From positions 697 to 64,696 of the forward strand of contig DAOTXC010000195.1 in assembly GCA_034435555.1 (NCBI GenBank): DNA of 64,000 nucleotides, written 5' to 3'. Within the stretch, counting starts at the first letter, position 1; each line of letters begins with the position of its first letter. The notes under the pieces are model-generated. The model had not been told where the DNA came from and made no database searches. It saw only the letters and a program-made list of their open reading frames with translations. This DNA is from Anaerolineae bacterium. GTDB lineage: Bacteria; Chloroflexota; Anaerolineae; B4-G1; SLSP01. The position numbers were made by a program, and so were the translations under genes. Below, piece by piece: positions 8,933 through 18,621 of this stretch.

Positions 8933-9943
8933 ATGCGCGTTGACCGATTGCTCTCATTGCTCATGCTCCTGCAAACTCGTGGGAAGCTTTCCGCTCGCCA
9001 GTTGGCTGGCGAGCTGGAAGTCTCCGAACGCACGATTTACCGCGATATCGAAGCCCTGAGTATGGCCGGGGTACCGGTCTACGGCGAACTGGGCCGTGAG
9101 GGGGGCTACAGGCTGGTGGATAGCTACCACACGAGCCTCACGGGCCTTTCTGAGGGCGAGGTGCGCGCACTGTTCATGTTAAACATTCCTGCGCCGCTCG
9201 CTGAGCTGGGCGTGGGGCAGGAGCTTAAGGCGGCCTTGTTGAAACTTTCCGCGGCGCTGCCCGCCACCCGTCGCCAGGATGAAGAGCGCGTCCGGCAACG
9301 CTTCTATCTGGATTCGACCTGGTGGGATCGGGACGCGGGCGCTGTGCCGCACCTCAAACTGCTCCAACGGGCGGTTTGGGATGACCGGCTGGTGCAGATT
9401 CACTATCATCCGCCCTTCGCCCTCGAAATTGTGCGCACGGTCGCCCCTTACGGGCTGGTCGCCAAGTCCGGCAGCTGGTATCTCGTCTACGCCATCCCTG
9501 AGCGGGTGGCAGTCCGTCGCCTTTCAGAGCTGTTGGATGTGCGTCTCATGGCGGAGAACTTTACGCGCCCGGCTGATTTCGAGCTGGCGACGTTCTGGGA
9601 GGCGTGGTGCGCCGAGCGCCAGGGAGAACGCTTCCGCTACGAGGCCGTGGTGCGCGTCGCGCCTGCGCTTATTTCCACGATATTGGGTTACTTCGGGGAG
9701 CGGGTGCGCGAGCAGATGGAATCCGCCAGCGCCACGGATGGAGCGGGCTGGATCATCCTGACGCTGCCGTTTGATTCGCTTGAGCAGGCCCGCCGCTGGA
9801 TCCTCGGCGCGGGCGGCGCGCTCGAAGTACTCGCGCCCCTGCCATTGCGCCTCAGCGTCGCAGATTTTGCGCGACAAGCGACGGCGTTGTACGAGGAAGC
9901 GGGGGAAGATCAGGTAGAGAATTTCGGTTCAGGCAGAGGGTAA
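8933..9943 (+). CDS. YafY-family transcriptional regulator (N-terminal HTH, central WYL domain, C-terminal WCX-like domain)
   Basis: ATG at 8933 with GGAAG 6 nt upstream. The N-terminus MRVDRLLSLLMLLQTRGKLSARQLAGELEVSERTIYRDIEAL is the canonical YafY HTH, and the WYL-region pattern (SGSWYLVYAIP) follows. Confidence 0.8.
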   Translation: MRVDRLLSLLMLLQTRGKLSARQLAGELEVSERTIYRDIEALSMAGVPVYGELGREGGYRLVDSYHTSLTGLSEGEVRALFMLNIPAPLAELGVGQELKAALLKLSAALPATRRQDEERVRQRFYLDSTWWDRDAGAVPHLKLLQRAVWDDRLVQIHYHPPFALEIVRTVAPYGLVAKSGSWYLVYAIPERVAVRRLSELLDVRLMAENFTRPADFELATFWEAWCAERQGERFRYEAVVRVAPALISTILGYFGERVREQMESASATDGAGWIILTLPFDSLEQARRWILGAGGALEVLAPLPLRLSVADFARQATALYEEAGEDQVENFGSGRG

Positions 9944-9959
9944 CGCTGATTCCAAATGA

Positions 9960-10024
9960 GTTGTAACCAGCAACAATACCGGCGGATGTGATTTCTCACA
10001 TCCGCCGGTTGCTGTTACAACAAG
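9960..10024. terminator. long, nested GC-rich hairpin between the convergent yafY and prx genes (terminator-like)
   Basis: Inner perfect 13-bp stem CCGGCGGATGTGA-tttc-TCACATCCGCCGG, nested within outer arms TTGTAACCAGCAAC / GTTGCTGTTACAAC. Confidence 0.5.
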
Positions 10025-10030
10025 CCTGAC

Positions 10031-10663
10031 TTACGCCGGGCGGTGACAGAGCCACCAATCCAGGCAACCTTCCTTACCCTTGCGCGCTTCCGCGTCCTGC
10101 TGCGTCTTGGCGGGCGGCACAATGACATCGCTCCCAAAGAGCGCGTTGTTGGGCCAGTTCGCCGGGATGGCGACCTTTTCCTTATCCGCGAGCTGGAAGC
10201 CCTTGATCATACGCAAGATCTCGTCGAAGTTGCGGCCCAGCTCCGCCGGATAATAGAGGATAGCGCGGATGGTGCTCTTCGGGTCAACGAAGAACACGGC
10301 GCGCACGGTGCTGGAACCTGCACCCGGATGCACCAGGCCCAGCATCTCCGCTACCTGACCGTGATCCGCGATCAGCGGGAACTCGATCTTGGTGTCGAGG
10401 TGCTCATCTATCCACTCGATCCATTTGATATGACTGAACACCTGGTCAATGCTCATACCGACCAGCTCCGTGTTGAGCTCACGGAACTGCGGATAGAGCT
10501 GCTGGAAAGCGTGGAACTCGGTGGTGCAGACCGGCGTGAAATCCGCCGGGTGGCTGAAAAGGATGAACCACTTGCCCTTCAAATCCTTCGGCAGATTCAT
10601 CGTCCCGTGCGTTGTGGTCACGGTCATCTCAGGAAACTTATCTCCAATCAACGGCATACTCAT
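10031..10663 (-). CDS. 1-Cys/Prx6-like peroxiredoxin (thioredoxin-fold peroxidase)
   Basis: Start at ATG ([13 protein letters not shown]), 7 nt after AGGAGG. The peroxidatic motif FTPVCTTE is present. The listed ORF extends 42 codons further upstream without an RBS. Confidence 0.85.
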   Translation of the reverse strand: MSMPLIGDKFPEMTVTTTHGTMNLPKDLKGKWFILFSHPADFTPVCTTEFHAFQQLYPQFRELNTELVGMSIDQVFSHIKWIEWIDEHLDTKIEFPLIADHGQVAEMLGLVHPGAGSSTVRAVFFVDPKSTIRAILYYPAELGRNFDEILRMIKGFQLADKEKVAIPANWPNNALFGSDVIVPPAKTQQDAEARKGKEGCLDWWLCHRPA

Positions 10664-10899
10664 AGTAAAACCTCCTTGTGTGAAATAGTGAATTCGGGTA
10701 TCAACGGAAAGCCCAGAACCTCGAAGCCGCGTTCGCGGTAGGTCTCGTAGAGCGTCTGCAAGCCCGCAAACTGTGGCGTGAAACCACACTTGCTCGCTGT
10801 GTTGACAATCAACAGCACCTTGCCCCGGTACTTCTCAAGTGATTCGGGAAAGCCCATCATGTTGGTCACGGTGAAATCGTAAATTGTGTCAGTCATCGT
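10660..10899 (-). pseudogene. glutathione peroxidase N-terminal fragment (truncated gpx remnant)
   Basis: MTDTIYDF...[40 protein letters not shown] matches the GPx N-terminal half, including the catalytic NTASKCG motif. The match stops at LGFP; the canonical following CNQF and the whole C-terminal half are absent. The ORF ends inside the RBS and start codon of prx. Confidence 0.6.
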
Positions 10900-10913
10900 C
10901 GTTCTCCTAATTT

Positions 10914-11363
10914 CTAATTCTCTGCTGCTTCTTCCTGACACGCCGGGCAAATACCAAAAAAGTCCAGCCGGTGGCTCAGGATGTGATAGCCCGAAGCCGC
11001 CGCGACCTCTTGGGCCAGCGTCTCAAAGACAGGCACATCTGGATCAATGATCTTGCGGCAGCGGATGCAAACCAGGTGCGGATGCGGGTCGGGGTCACTA
11101 GCATCGTAGCGATTGTCATCGTCTCCGAAGCCCAATTCCAGCACCTCCCCCATCTCCTTCAAAAGATGTAACGTCTTGTAGACCGTCGCCAGACTCATCG
11201 TGGGGAATTGCGCGTGCAACTGCTCGTAGATCTGCCCCGCGCTAGGATGCGTCTCGCTATCAATCAATAGCTGCACCAAAGCGACCCGCTGCGGGGTAAG
11301 ACGATACCCCTGCTCGCGGAGCCTGGTAAGCAATTCATCCAAACGGGCTTGAGAATCCATCAC
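10914..11363 (-). CDS. Fur-family metalloregulator, probably PerR-like given the adjacent peroxidase genes
   Basis: A DNA-binding helix region is followed by [11 protein letters not shown] and ICPACQ CxxC pairs (structural Zn site) and the histidine-rich spacing of Fur/PerR. Confidence 0.8.
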   Translation of the reverse strand: MMDSQARLDELLTRLREQGYRLTPQRVALVQLLIDSETHPSAGQIYEQLHAQFPTMSLATVYKTLHLLKEMGEVLELGFGDDDNRYDASDPDPHPHLVCIRCRKIIDPDVPVFETLAQEVAAASGYHILSHRLDFFGICPACQEEAAEN

Positions 11364-11380
11364 AACATTTTTTCTCTAAA

Positions 11381-11410
11381 GATAATAATTATTTATAGAT
11401 ATTATAAATC
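11381..11410. promoter_or_regulatory. AT-rich Fur/PerR-box-like palindromic element (GATAATAATTATTTATAGATATTATAAATC) in the fur-moaD divergent promoter region
   Basis: The core ATAATAATTAT matches the 7-1-7 PerR/Fur box architecture (TTATAATnATTATAA). It lies 18-47 nt upstream of the fur start. Confidence 0.4.
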
Positions 11411-11561
11411 ATTTACGAGATTTGTCAAGTACCAAAATACGATTTCCTGTGCTCGGCGCGATTTGCCTTGTCTCTGATTTGGGTATAATATAGGTAGTGT
11501 TGGCTATTAGCCTAAGCGATTTCCTCATCTATACTGTTGAGAGGAGCCTAGCCGTTCTGAA

Positions 11562-11846
11562 ATGAATATATTGGTAGAATTTGTGGGCGTTTCCCGGGTC
11601 TTAACAGGCGAACAGAACCTGACCCTACCCCTCGCGCCCGACAGCTCTTACCGAGATGTGATACGCCAGCTGGGCGCACGCTTCCCGGCGTTAATTGGAC
11701 AGGTCATCGCGCTAGATGGCGAAACGCTGTTACCGGAAAATCAAATCGCCCTCAACGGCAAACGTATGCTCCAGATCTCCGAGATGGATGCGTCACCGGC
11801 TGAGGGTGAGCGGCTTACATTCATGTCTATTCTTGCGGGTGGATAA
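11562..11846 (+). CDS. MoaD/ThiS-family sulfur-carrier (ubiquitin-like) protein
   Basis: 94 aa ending in the diagnostic Gly-Gly (ILAGG), placed immediately upstream of a pterin-dependent AOR. Confidence 0.7.
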   Translation: MNILVEFVGVSRVLTGEQNLTLPLAPDSSYRDVIRQLGARFPALIGQVIALDGETLLPENQIALNGKRMLQISEMDASPAEGERLTFMSILAGG

Positions 11847-11879
11847 ATACTCGTCGGCGTGCGCTGACGAGTATTTTTA
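11845..11879 (+). terminator. intrinsic terminator/attenuator between moaD and aor
   Basis: ATACTCGTC-ggcgtgcgct-GACGAGTAT hairpin followed by TTTTTAA. Confidence 0.45.
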
Positions 11880-11912
11880 ACATTCATTAATTTCCAGCAG
11901 GGAGGTCCCTTA

Positions 11913-13799
11913 ATGTACGGTTACACTGGTAAAATCCTTCACATTGATCTAGGCACGCGCAAAACGTGGATCGAGGAGAAACCGGAATCGTGGTACAAGC
12001 TCTACATCGGCGGCGTCTCGATGGCGGCGCGGCTGTTGTGGGAGAACATCGAGGTCGGCTGCGATCCGCTCTCACCCGGCAATCCCATCTGCATCGCCAA
12101 CGGCATCTTCGCCGGGACGCCGGTGCCCGTGGGCGGTAAGTACGGCCTCGCCTCCAAATCGCCGCTGACGGGCTGGATCGGCGACAGCCTCTCCGGCAGC
12201 TGGTTCTCCGTGGCGCTCAAACGCACCGGCTGGGATGGCATGGTCATCCACGGCGCGAGCGACAACTGGATCACGCTGCTGATTGATGATGAGCGGGTGC
12301 AGTTCCGCGACGCCACCAAGCTGCTGGGGCTGGGCACCTACGCCACCGAGGAGGCCATCCGCGACGAGCTCGCCGATGACCAGATCCGCTCCGCCACTAT
12401 CGGGCCGGCGGGCGAGAATGGGGTGCTCTTCGCCAACGTCACCAACGACGGCCGTCAGGCAGGCCGGACAGGCCACGGCGCAGTGTGGGGATCGAAGAAG
12501 CTCAAGGCGATCTCAGTGCGCGGCACGCACGGCGTCACCGTCGCCGATCCCGAAACGCTGATGAAGATGTCCTTCGACATCTCCGAAACCTCGCAAGGGC
12601 CGTACACGTCCAAGTATCGGTTGCTCGGCACGGCGACCAACGTGCTCAACATGAACAAATTGGGCCTGCTGCCCACCCGCAACTACCAGGAGGGCACCTT
12701 CGAGGATGCCGAGCTGGTGAGCGGCGAGTATCTGGAAGAGCACTACAAGGTCAAGAAGATCGCCTGCGCCCAGTGCCCCATCGCCTGTGAGCAGATGTCG
12801 GCGGCGGCGGACGGCCCGTACAAGGGCGCGATGACGGGCATCGAGTACGAGTGCCTCTTCGCCAACGGGCCAAACCTGGGCATCAATGACCTGCGCGCCG
12901 TGATCAAGCTCATCGAGACCTGCGACCAGGGCGGCATGGATGCCATGAGCGGCGGCGTGACCGTCTCCTGGGCGATGGAGACCTTCGAGCGCGGCATCTT
13001 CACCAAGGAAGATTTCAAGTGCGCCAAGTACCCGGAGGGCTTCGAGCCGAATTTTGGCAACGCCGAGGCCGCCGTCACCTTGATGGAGATGATCCGCGAC
13101 CGCGAGGGCATCGGTGACCTGCTCTCCAAGGGGACGCGCCGGGCCAGCGCGATTGTGGATGCGGAGCGCGGCACGGAGACCTACAAGTGGGCGATGAACA
13201 GCAAGGGCCTGGAAAGCCCCGGCTACGACGCGCGCGGCCTCAAAACCTTCGCCGTGGGCATCGCTGTGGGGACGCGGGGCGGCTGTCACAACCGCACCGC
13301 CGCCTACGATCCCGACATCCAGGGCGAGGTGGATCGCTTTTCGATTGATGATACCCGTGGGCGACTGGCCGCCCGCACTGAGGAGTACGCCGCCGTCTAC
13401 GATACGCTGCCATTGTGCAAGTTCATCCGCCGCTGCTTCACCGGCAAGGCCGACCGCGCCGGCGCCTGGCCCGCCATCGCCGCGCTCATCAATGCCACCA
13501 CCGGCTGGGAATTCGAGTACGACGATGTTGATCTCATCGGCGTGCGCGCGCATACCATCAAGAAAGCCTTCAACATCCGTGAGGGCTGGACCCGCGCCGA
13601 CGACGACCTCCCCTATCGCTGGAAGCACGACCCCATGACGAAGGGCGCTTCCGCCGGACACGTCGTCACCGACGAGGAGCTGGAATATCTCAAGGATCTC
13701 TACTACGAGGCCAAGGGCTGGACCCCTGAGGGGCTGATCCCCAAGGAGAAGCTGCTCGAGTTGGGGATGGACGACGTGGCTGAAGAGATTGGCGTTTAA
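11913..13799 (+). CDS. aor: aldehyde:ferredoxin oxidoreductase (tungsten/molybdopterin AOR family)
   Basis: An AOR N-domain is followed by the [4Fe-4S] motif KIACAQCPIACEQ (CxxCxxxC) and pterin-binding segments. 628 aa is the typical AOR size. Confidence 0.9.
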   Translation: MYGYTGKILHIDLGTRKTWIEEKPESWYKLYIGGVSMAARLLWENIEVGCDPLSPGNPICIANGIFAGTPVPVGGKYGLASKSPLTGWIGDSLSGSWFSVALKRTGWDGMVIHGASDNWITLLIDDERVQFRDATKLLGLGTYATEEAIRDELADDQIRSATIGPAGENGVLFANVTNDGRQAGRTGHGAVWGSKKLKAISVRGTHGVTVADPETLMKMSFDISETSQGPYTSKYRLLGTATNVLNMNKLGLLPTRNYQEGTFEDAELVSGEYLEEHYKVKKIACAQCPIACEQMSAAADGPYKGAMTGIEYECLFANGPNLGINDLRAVIKLIETCDQGGMDAMSGGVTVSWAMETFERGIFTKEDFKCAKYPEGFEPNFGNAEAAVTLMEMIRDREGIGDLLSKGTRRASAIVDAERGTETYKWAMNSKGLESPGYDARGLKTFAVGIAVGTRGGCHNRTAAYDPDIQGEVDRFSIDDTRGRLAARTEEYAAVYDTLPLCKFIRRCFTGKADRAGAWPAIAALINATTGWEFEYDDVDLIGVRAHTIKKAFNIREGWTRADDDLPYRWKHDPMTKGASAGHVVTDEELEYLKDLYYEAKGWTPEGLIPKEKLLELGMDDVAEEIGV

Positions 13800-13818
13800 T
13801 ATCACATAGGAGCGAGTC

Positions 13819-14310
13819 ATGGTAGCATCCACTTCAAAGTACAAATATATCACCTGCGATCCCGAAAAGTGCATCGGGTGTCAGTTGTGCGAGTACATCT
13901 GCTCGTTTACCAAGATCGGCGAGTTCAACACCTACCGCAGCCGCATTCGGACGGTACGCGCGGAGGAGATTCTCATCACGGCGGTGGCCTGCCGCACCTG
14001 TGAGAACGCGCCCTGCGTTATCGCCTGCACGCGCGATGCGCTCACGCAAGACCCGAACACCGGCATCATCCACATCAACGCGGAGCGCTGCGACGGCTGC
14101 GCCTGGTGTATCGAAGCCTGTGACTTCGGCGCGATCTCCATCAACCCGGCGACCAAGCTGGCCGAAATCTGCGACCAGTGCGAGGAGCTCGAAGATGGCC
14201 CACAGTGCGTGATCTGGTGTCCCAAAGATGCCCTGGAGCTGACCACGCCCGATCAACGCGCCCAGCGCGCCCGCCGCAAACTGGCGACGGAAGACGTGCT
14301 GGGAATGTAG
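13819..14310 (+). CDS. 4Fe-4S dicluster ferredoxin-type protein (AOR-associated electron-transfer subunit)
   Basis: Four Cys clusters: CIGCQLCEYIC, CRTCENAPCVIAC, CDGCAWCIEAC, CDQC...C. Confidence 0.8.
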   Translation: MVASTSKYKYITCDPEKCIGCQLCEYICSFTKIGEFNTYRSRIRTVRAEEILITAVACRTCENAPCVIACTRDALTQDPNTGIIHINAERCDGCAWCIEACDFGAISINPATKLAEICDQCEELEDGPQCVIWCPKDALELTTPDQRAQRARRKLATEDVLGM

Positions 14311-14384
14311 CCCTGGCGAAAAGGCGGGGGTGCGCGATAACATGGTGCGCCCTGCGCCTTTTGCTGTGACAAGGAGCCCATACT

Positions 14385-17075
14385 GTGGCTAAAACAACAA
14401 CTCATGAGATAGATTACGAAAACGATCCGCCGCGCATTGGCGTTTACGTGTGCCATTGCGGCTCCAACATCGCCAGCGTGGTGACGCCCTCGGAGGTCGT
14501 GGAATACGCGAAGAACCTGCCCGGCGTCGTGGTCGCCAAAGAGCACCGTTACGCCTGCTCCGATCCGGGGCAGAACATGATCCAGCAGGACATCGCGGAG
14601 TTTGGGCTGAACCGGGTGGTGGTGGCGGCGTGCAGCGTCGCCATGCACGAGCCGACCTTCCAGGCGTGCATCGCCGATGCGGGCCTCAATCCCTTCATGT
14701 TCCAGATGGCGAACATCCGCGAGCATTCTGCGTGGGTGCATTCGCACGAGAAAGAGGCTGCCACGGAGAAAGCCAAGGAAATCGTCGCCTCGGCGGTGGC
14801 AAAAGTGACCTACGTTCGCCCGCTGGAGATGTTCGAGGTGCCGGTGACGCGCCGCGCCATGATCATCGGCGGCGGCATCGCCGGCATCAGCGCCGCGCTC
14901 GATCTGGCCGATATGAACATCGAGACCTACCTGGTGGAGAAGTCGCCCACCATCGGCGGACGGATGGCGCAGCTGGATAAGACCTTCCCCACGATGGACT
15001 GCTCCATCTGCATCGAAGCGCCGAAGATGGTGGACGTGGGCAAGAATCCCAACATCCATATCCTCAGCTACTCCGAAGTCAAAGAGGTCAACGGCTACAT
15101 CGGCAACTTCACGGTGAAGGTGGAGCGCAAGCCGCGCTACGTGCTGCTCGATAAATGCACGGGCTGCGGCCTCTGCGTCGAGGCCTGCCCCATTGACGTG
15201 CCCAACGTCTTCGAGGAGGGCCTGGGGCCGCGCAAGGCCATCTACGTGCCGATGGCGCAGGCGGTACCTTCGATCTACACGATTGATATGGATGCCTGCA
15301 TCAAGTGCTTCAAGTGTGTGGATGCCTGCGGCGAGCTCAGCGCCATTGATTTCGCCCAGGAGCCTGAGAGCATCGAGCTGGAAGTCGGCACGATCATCGT
15401 CGCCACAGGTTTCGATAGCTGGGACCCCTCCGAGATCGAGGAATACGGCTTCGGCGTCTACGAGAACGTCACCACGATGATGGAGATCGAGCGGCTGCAC
15501 TGCGCGGGCGGGCCAACGGTGGGCGAGTTCGTCCGCCCCTCCGATGGCAAGGTCCCCAACAGCCTGGCGCTCATCCAGTGCGTCGGCTCGCGCGACAAGC
15601 GTTATAACGAGTACTGCTCCGGCTTCTGCTGCATGTACACGATCAAGAACGCGCTGTTGCTCAAGTGGCTCTACCCGGAGATGGACATCACCATCTTCCG
15701 CATTGATATCCGCACGCCGGGCAAGACCTACGAGGAGTTCTACGAGCGCGCGCGCGAGGCGGGCATCCACTTCATCCAGGGACGCCCGGCGGAGATCGTC
15801 GAGGACCCCGTCACCAAGAACCTCATCGTCCACGCCGAAAACGTCGGCACGGGCAAACACGTCGCGCTGGAGGTGGAGATGGTGGGGCTGGCGAATGCCG
15901 CCATCCCCTCGGAAGGCTCCTTCGACCTGGGGCGCGTGCTCACGGTGCCCAACGACACCCACGGCTGGTTCATGGAATCGCATCCCAAGCTCAAGCCGCT
16001 CGATACGCCCACTGAGGGCATCTATTTGGCGGGTGCGGCGCAAGGCCCCAAGGACATCCCCCAGAGCGTGAGCCAGGGCAGCGGCGCAGCGGGGCGGGCC
16101 TCGCGGGTGCTCAACGCCGGGACGTGGGAGATTGATCCTATCATCGCCTACGTGGACCCCGAACGGTGCATCAACGCGCGGGGCGGCAAGTGCGACATCT
16201 GCTATCGCGTCTGTCCCTACGGCGCGGTCATCAACCCGGCGGCCTCGGAGGGCTTTGTGCAATCCAAGACGGGCCAGGCTTCGAGCATCGTCGCGGCGAA
16301 GTGCCACGGCTGCGGGACGTGCGTGGCGGAATGCCCGCAGAACGCCATCTCACAGCACCACTTCACCGACGCACAGATCATCGCACAGCTGCACGCGCTG
16401 CTGGCCGAGAGGCCGGAGGAGAAGGTCATCGCCTTCACCTGCCGCTGGTGCAGCGGCATGGGCGCGGATAACGCCGGCACCAGCCACTTCGAGTATCCTG
16501 CCAACACACGCAACATCCTGGTGATGTGCGCCGGGCGCGTGGATGCGGACTTCGTCATGGAGGCCTTCCGGCTGGGTGCGGGTGCGGTGCTCGTTTCGGG
16601 CTGCCATCCGCAGGACTGCCACTACATCTCCGGGCGTAACTTTGCCGAGGCACGCATCCAGCGGCTCTTCGGGCAACTGGAGAAGATCGGCATCACGCCC
16701 GGACGCTTCCGGCTGGAATCCGTCTCGGCGACGGAGGGCGCGAAGTGGGCGCGCATCATGCGCGAGATGAGCGCTATTGTCACGGAAATGGGCGTCGAGG
16801 GCGTCCGTGCGGAGAACGAGCAGGCGCTGCCACATCTGGAAAAACGGCTCAAGCGGATGCGCGAAGTACCTGAGGTAGCTTACCTGATGCGCCTGGTCGA
16901 AAGCGCGCATCCCCAAGAGGCGGCAACCGGCGTCAAGCAGGCGCGAGATAAGGGCCTGACCCAACAGGTCGGGATGGCGGGCTGCCAGCTGCCGGAGGTG
17001 ACGGCCTGTGACGCCTGCCAGCTGGCCAATGCCTGCGCGCCCGAAATCCAACAGGCGAAAGGAGGCCAGCAATGA
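14385..17075 (+). CDS. hdrA: HdrA-like FAD/[4Fe-4S] flavoprotein fused to a C-terminal MvhD domain
   Basis: Dinucleotide-binding motif AMIIGGGIAGISAA, multiple CxxCxxC clusters, and a C-terminal FTCRWCSGMGADNAG...VMCAGRVD...VSGCHPQDCHY signature of the MvhD [2Fe-2S] domain. Confidence 0.85.
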   Translation: MAKTTTHEIDYENDPPRIGVYVCHCGSNIASVVTPSEVVEYAKNLPGVVVAKEHRYACSDPGQNMIQQDIAEFGLNRVVVAACSVAMHEPTFQACIADAGLNPFMFQMANIREHSAWVHSHEKEAATEKAKEIVASAVAKVTYVRPLEMFEVPVTRRAMIIGGGIAGISAALDLADMNIETYLVEKSPTIGGRMAQLDKTFPTMDCSICIEAPKMVDVGKNPNIHILSYSEVKEVNGYIGNFTVKVERKPRYVLLDKCTGCGLCVEACPIDVPNVFEEGLGPRKAIYVPMAQAVPSIYTIDMDACIKCFKCVDACGELSAIDFAQEPESIELEVGTIIVATGFDSWDPSEIEEYGFGVYENVTTMMEIERLHCAGGPTVGEFVRPSDGKVPNSLALIQCVGSRDKRYNEYCSGFCCMYTIKNALLLKWLYPEMDITIFRIDIRTPGKTYEEFYERAREAGIHFIQGRPAEIVEDPVTKNLIVHAENVGTGKHVALEVEMVGLANAAIPSEGSFDLGRVLTVPNDTHGWFMESHPKLKPLDTPTEGIYLAGAAQGPKDIPQSVSQGSGAAGRASRVLNAGTWEIDPIIAYVDPERCINARGGKCDICYRVCPYGAVINPAASEGFVQSKTGQASSIVAAKCHGCGTCVAECPQNAISQHHFTDAQIIAQLHALLAERPEEKVIAFTCRWCSGMGADNAGTSHFEYPANTRNILVMCAGRVDADFVMEAFRLGAGAVLVSGCHPQDCHYISGRNFAEARIQRLFGQLEKIGITPGRFRLESVSATEGAKWARIMREMSAIVTEMGVEGVRAENEQALPHLEKRLKRMREVPEVAYLMRLVESAHPQEAATGVKQARDKGLTQQVGMAGCQLPEVTACDACQLANACAPEIQQAKGGQQ

Positions 17076-17740
17076 CCAACGTACTCAACCCCTTCGTCGT
17101 AGAGTTGTTGGAACGGCCCGGCGGCGATAAGGTGCTGCAATGCTACCAGTGCGCCACCTGCTCTGGCTCGTGCCCGGTGATTGACGAGATGCAATACGGC
17201 CCCCGCCGCATCCTGCACCTGATCCAATCCGGCGAGGAGGCCCTGGTGCTCTCCAGCCGTGATATGTGGTTCTGCGTCTCGTGCTACTCCTGCGCCAGCC
17301 GCTGCCCCCGCGAGATTCCCATCACCGAGCTGATGGCGACGCTGCGGGAGCTGGCGGTCGAGAAGGGGTACGCCGAGGACCTGGAGGCCGACTTCGGCCA
17401 ATCGTTCATGGAAACCTACAAACATCACGGGCGGCTCTTCGAGCCGGAGCTGATGATCCGCTACTACCTCCGCACCTTCGATATCAAGGGCCTGTTGGGA
17501 ATGCTCCCGCTGGCGCTGCCGATGCTCCTCAAGGACAAGTTGCCCTTCCTGCCGGAGCGCATCGAGAACCCGGAGGAGATGGAGGCGCTCCTGCCTGAGC
17601 CGCACACCCCCTCCGCCGAGGAGAGAGCGCGTCGCCGCCGGCGCTGGCTGCCGTGGCTGACGAGCGGCGTCGTGACCCTGCTATTGGGCGCGGGCGGGCT
17701 TGCCTGGCATGTCGTCGCGCGCCGCAAGGAGGACGAGTGA
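17072..17740 (+). CDS. hdrC: HdrC-like 4Fe-4S dicluster protein with a C-terminal transmembrane anchor
   Basis: CYQCATCSGSCP and CVSCYSCASRCP ferredoxin motifs, and the terminal hydrophobic helix WLPWLTSGVVTLLLGAGGLAW. The start overlaps hdrA by 4 nt. Confidence 0.75.
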   Translation: MTNVLNPFVVELLERPGGDKVLQCYQCATCSGSCPVIDEMQYGPRRILHLIQSGEEALVLSSRDMWFCVSCYSCASRCPREIPITELMATLRELAVEKGYAEDLEADFGQSFMETYKHHGRLFEPELMIRYYLRTFDIKGLLGMLPLALPMLLKDKLPFLPERIENPEEMEALLPEPHTPSAEERARRRRRWLPWLTSGVVTLLLGAGGLAWHVVARRKEDE

Positions 17741-18600
17741 TGAAATACGGCTATTATCCCGGATGCACGCTGCTTTCGAGCGCGAAGGAGTATGACCTCT
17801 CGCTGCGGCTGAGCTTCGCCCAGCTGGGCATCGAGTTGGTGGAGCTGGACGACTGGAGCTGTTGCGGCGCGGTTCACGGCGAGGGCAAGGGCGTGATCGC
17901 GCTCCCCGCCCGCAACCTGGCGCTCGCGGAGGCCCAGGGATTGGATACCATCATCGCGCCGTGCAGCGGCTGCTACCGCAACCTGCGGCGCGCCAGCCAG
18001 TCGGTGCAAAAAGACAAAGCCGCGCGCCAGATGGTCAACGAGAGCCTGGTCGAGGGGCTGGAGCTCAAAGGAAACGTGCGCGTCCTGCATCCCCTCTACG
18101 TGCTCACGCACGAGGTCGGCCTGGAGCGGATCAAGGCGCAGGTGGTGCGTCCCCTCACCGAGATGAAGGTGGCGGCCTACTACGGCTGCATGTTGACCCG
18201 TCCCAAGGACGAGTTCGACAGCACGGAGCGCCCCACGGGCCTGGATGAGCTGCTGGTCGCGCTGGGGGCGACGCCGGTGGACTATCCCTTCAAGGCGAAG
18301 TGCTGCGGCGGCGCGCTGGCGATCTCGCACAGCGAGGTGACAGCGAAGCTCACGGGCAAGGTGCTCGATTCGGCCAAAGGCGCGGGCGCGGATACAGTAA
18401 CGCTGGCGTGTCCCATGTGCCACACGGCCCTCGATCTCTACCAGGGCAAGGCCGCGCGCGCTGTAGGCCACGATCTGGAACTGCCGGTGTTGTACTTCAC
18501 CCAGCTGTTGGGGCTGGCGCTGGGCATCGAAGCGTCCAGGCTCGGCTTCCAACGGCACATCATCTCCCCAGAGCCACAGCTGGCGCGGCTGGGATTCTGA
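17740..18600 (+). CDS. hdrB: HdrB-like CCG-domain protein
   Basis: ATG overlaps the hdrC stop (TGATG). Two Cys-rich CCG-type motifs (WSCCGA..., KCCGGA...). Confidence 0.8.
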   Translation: MKYGYYPGCTLLSSAKEYDLSLRLSFAQLGIELVELDDWSCCGAVHGEGKGVIALPARNLALAEAQGLDTIIAPCSGCYRNLRRASQSVQKDKAARQMVNESLVEGLELKGNVRVLHPLYVLTHEVGLERIKAQVVRPLTEMKVAAYYGCMLTRPKDEFDSTERPTGLDELLVALGATPVDYPFKAKCCGGALAISHSEVTAKLTGKVLDSAKGAGADTVTLACPMCHTALDLYQGKAARAVGHDLELPVLYFTQLLGLALGIEASRLGFQRHIISPEPQLARLGF

Positions 18601-18621
18601 CACGCGGCGAAGGAGTTTATC

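Noticed and set aside
11420-11561. Possible Moco/Wco riboswitch upstream of moaD-aor
   Set aside because: I could not recognise the conserved riboswitch helices by eye. Only a plausible -35/-10 (TTGCCT...TATAAT near 11470-11490) and a Fur/PerR-like box are evident. A covariance-model search would be needed.
12513-13874. 453-aa minus-strand ORF inside aor, and similar long antisense ORFs (14253..16307, 17464..19101, 1455..2183, 28367..29620, 54925..56310, 39614..40798, 60638..61651, 20302..21342, 35687..36772, 42210..43070, 62827..63309, 63439..63975)
   Set aside because: They overlap strongly motif-supported genes on the opposite strand or in another frame. Their translations are Arg/Ala/Gly/Pro-rich low-complexity, typical of stop-poor antisense frames in about 68% GC DNA. 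None carries a recognisable motif.
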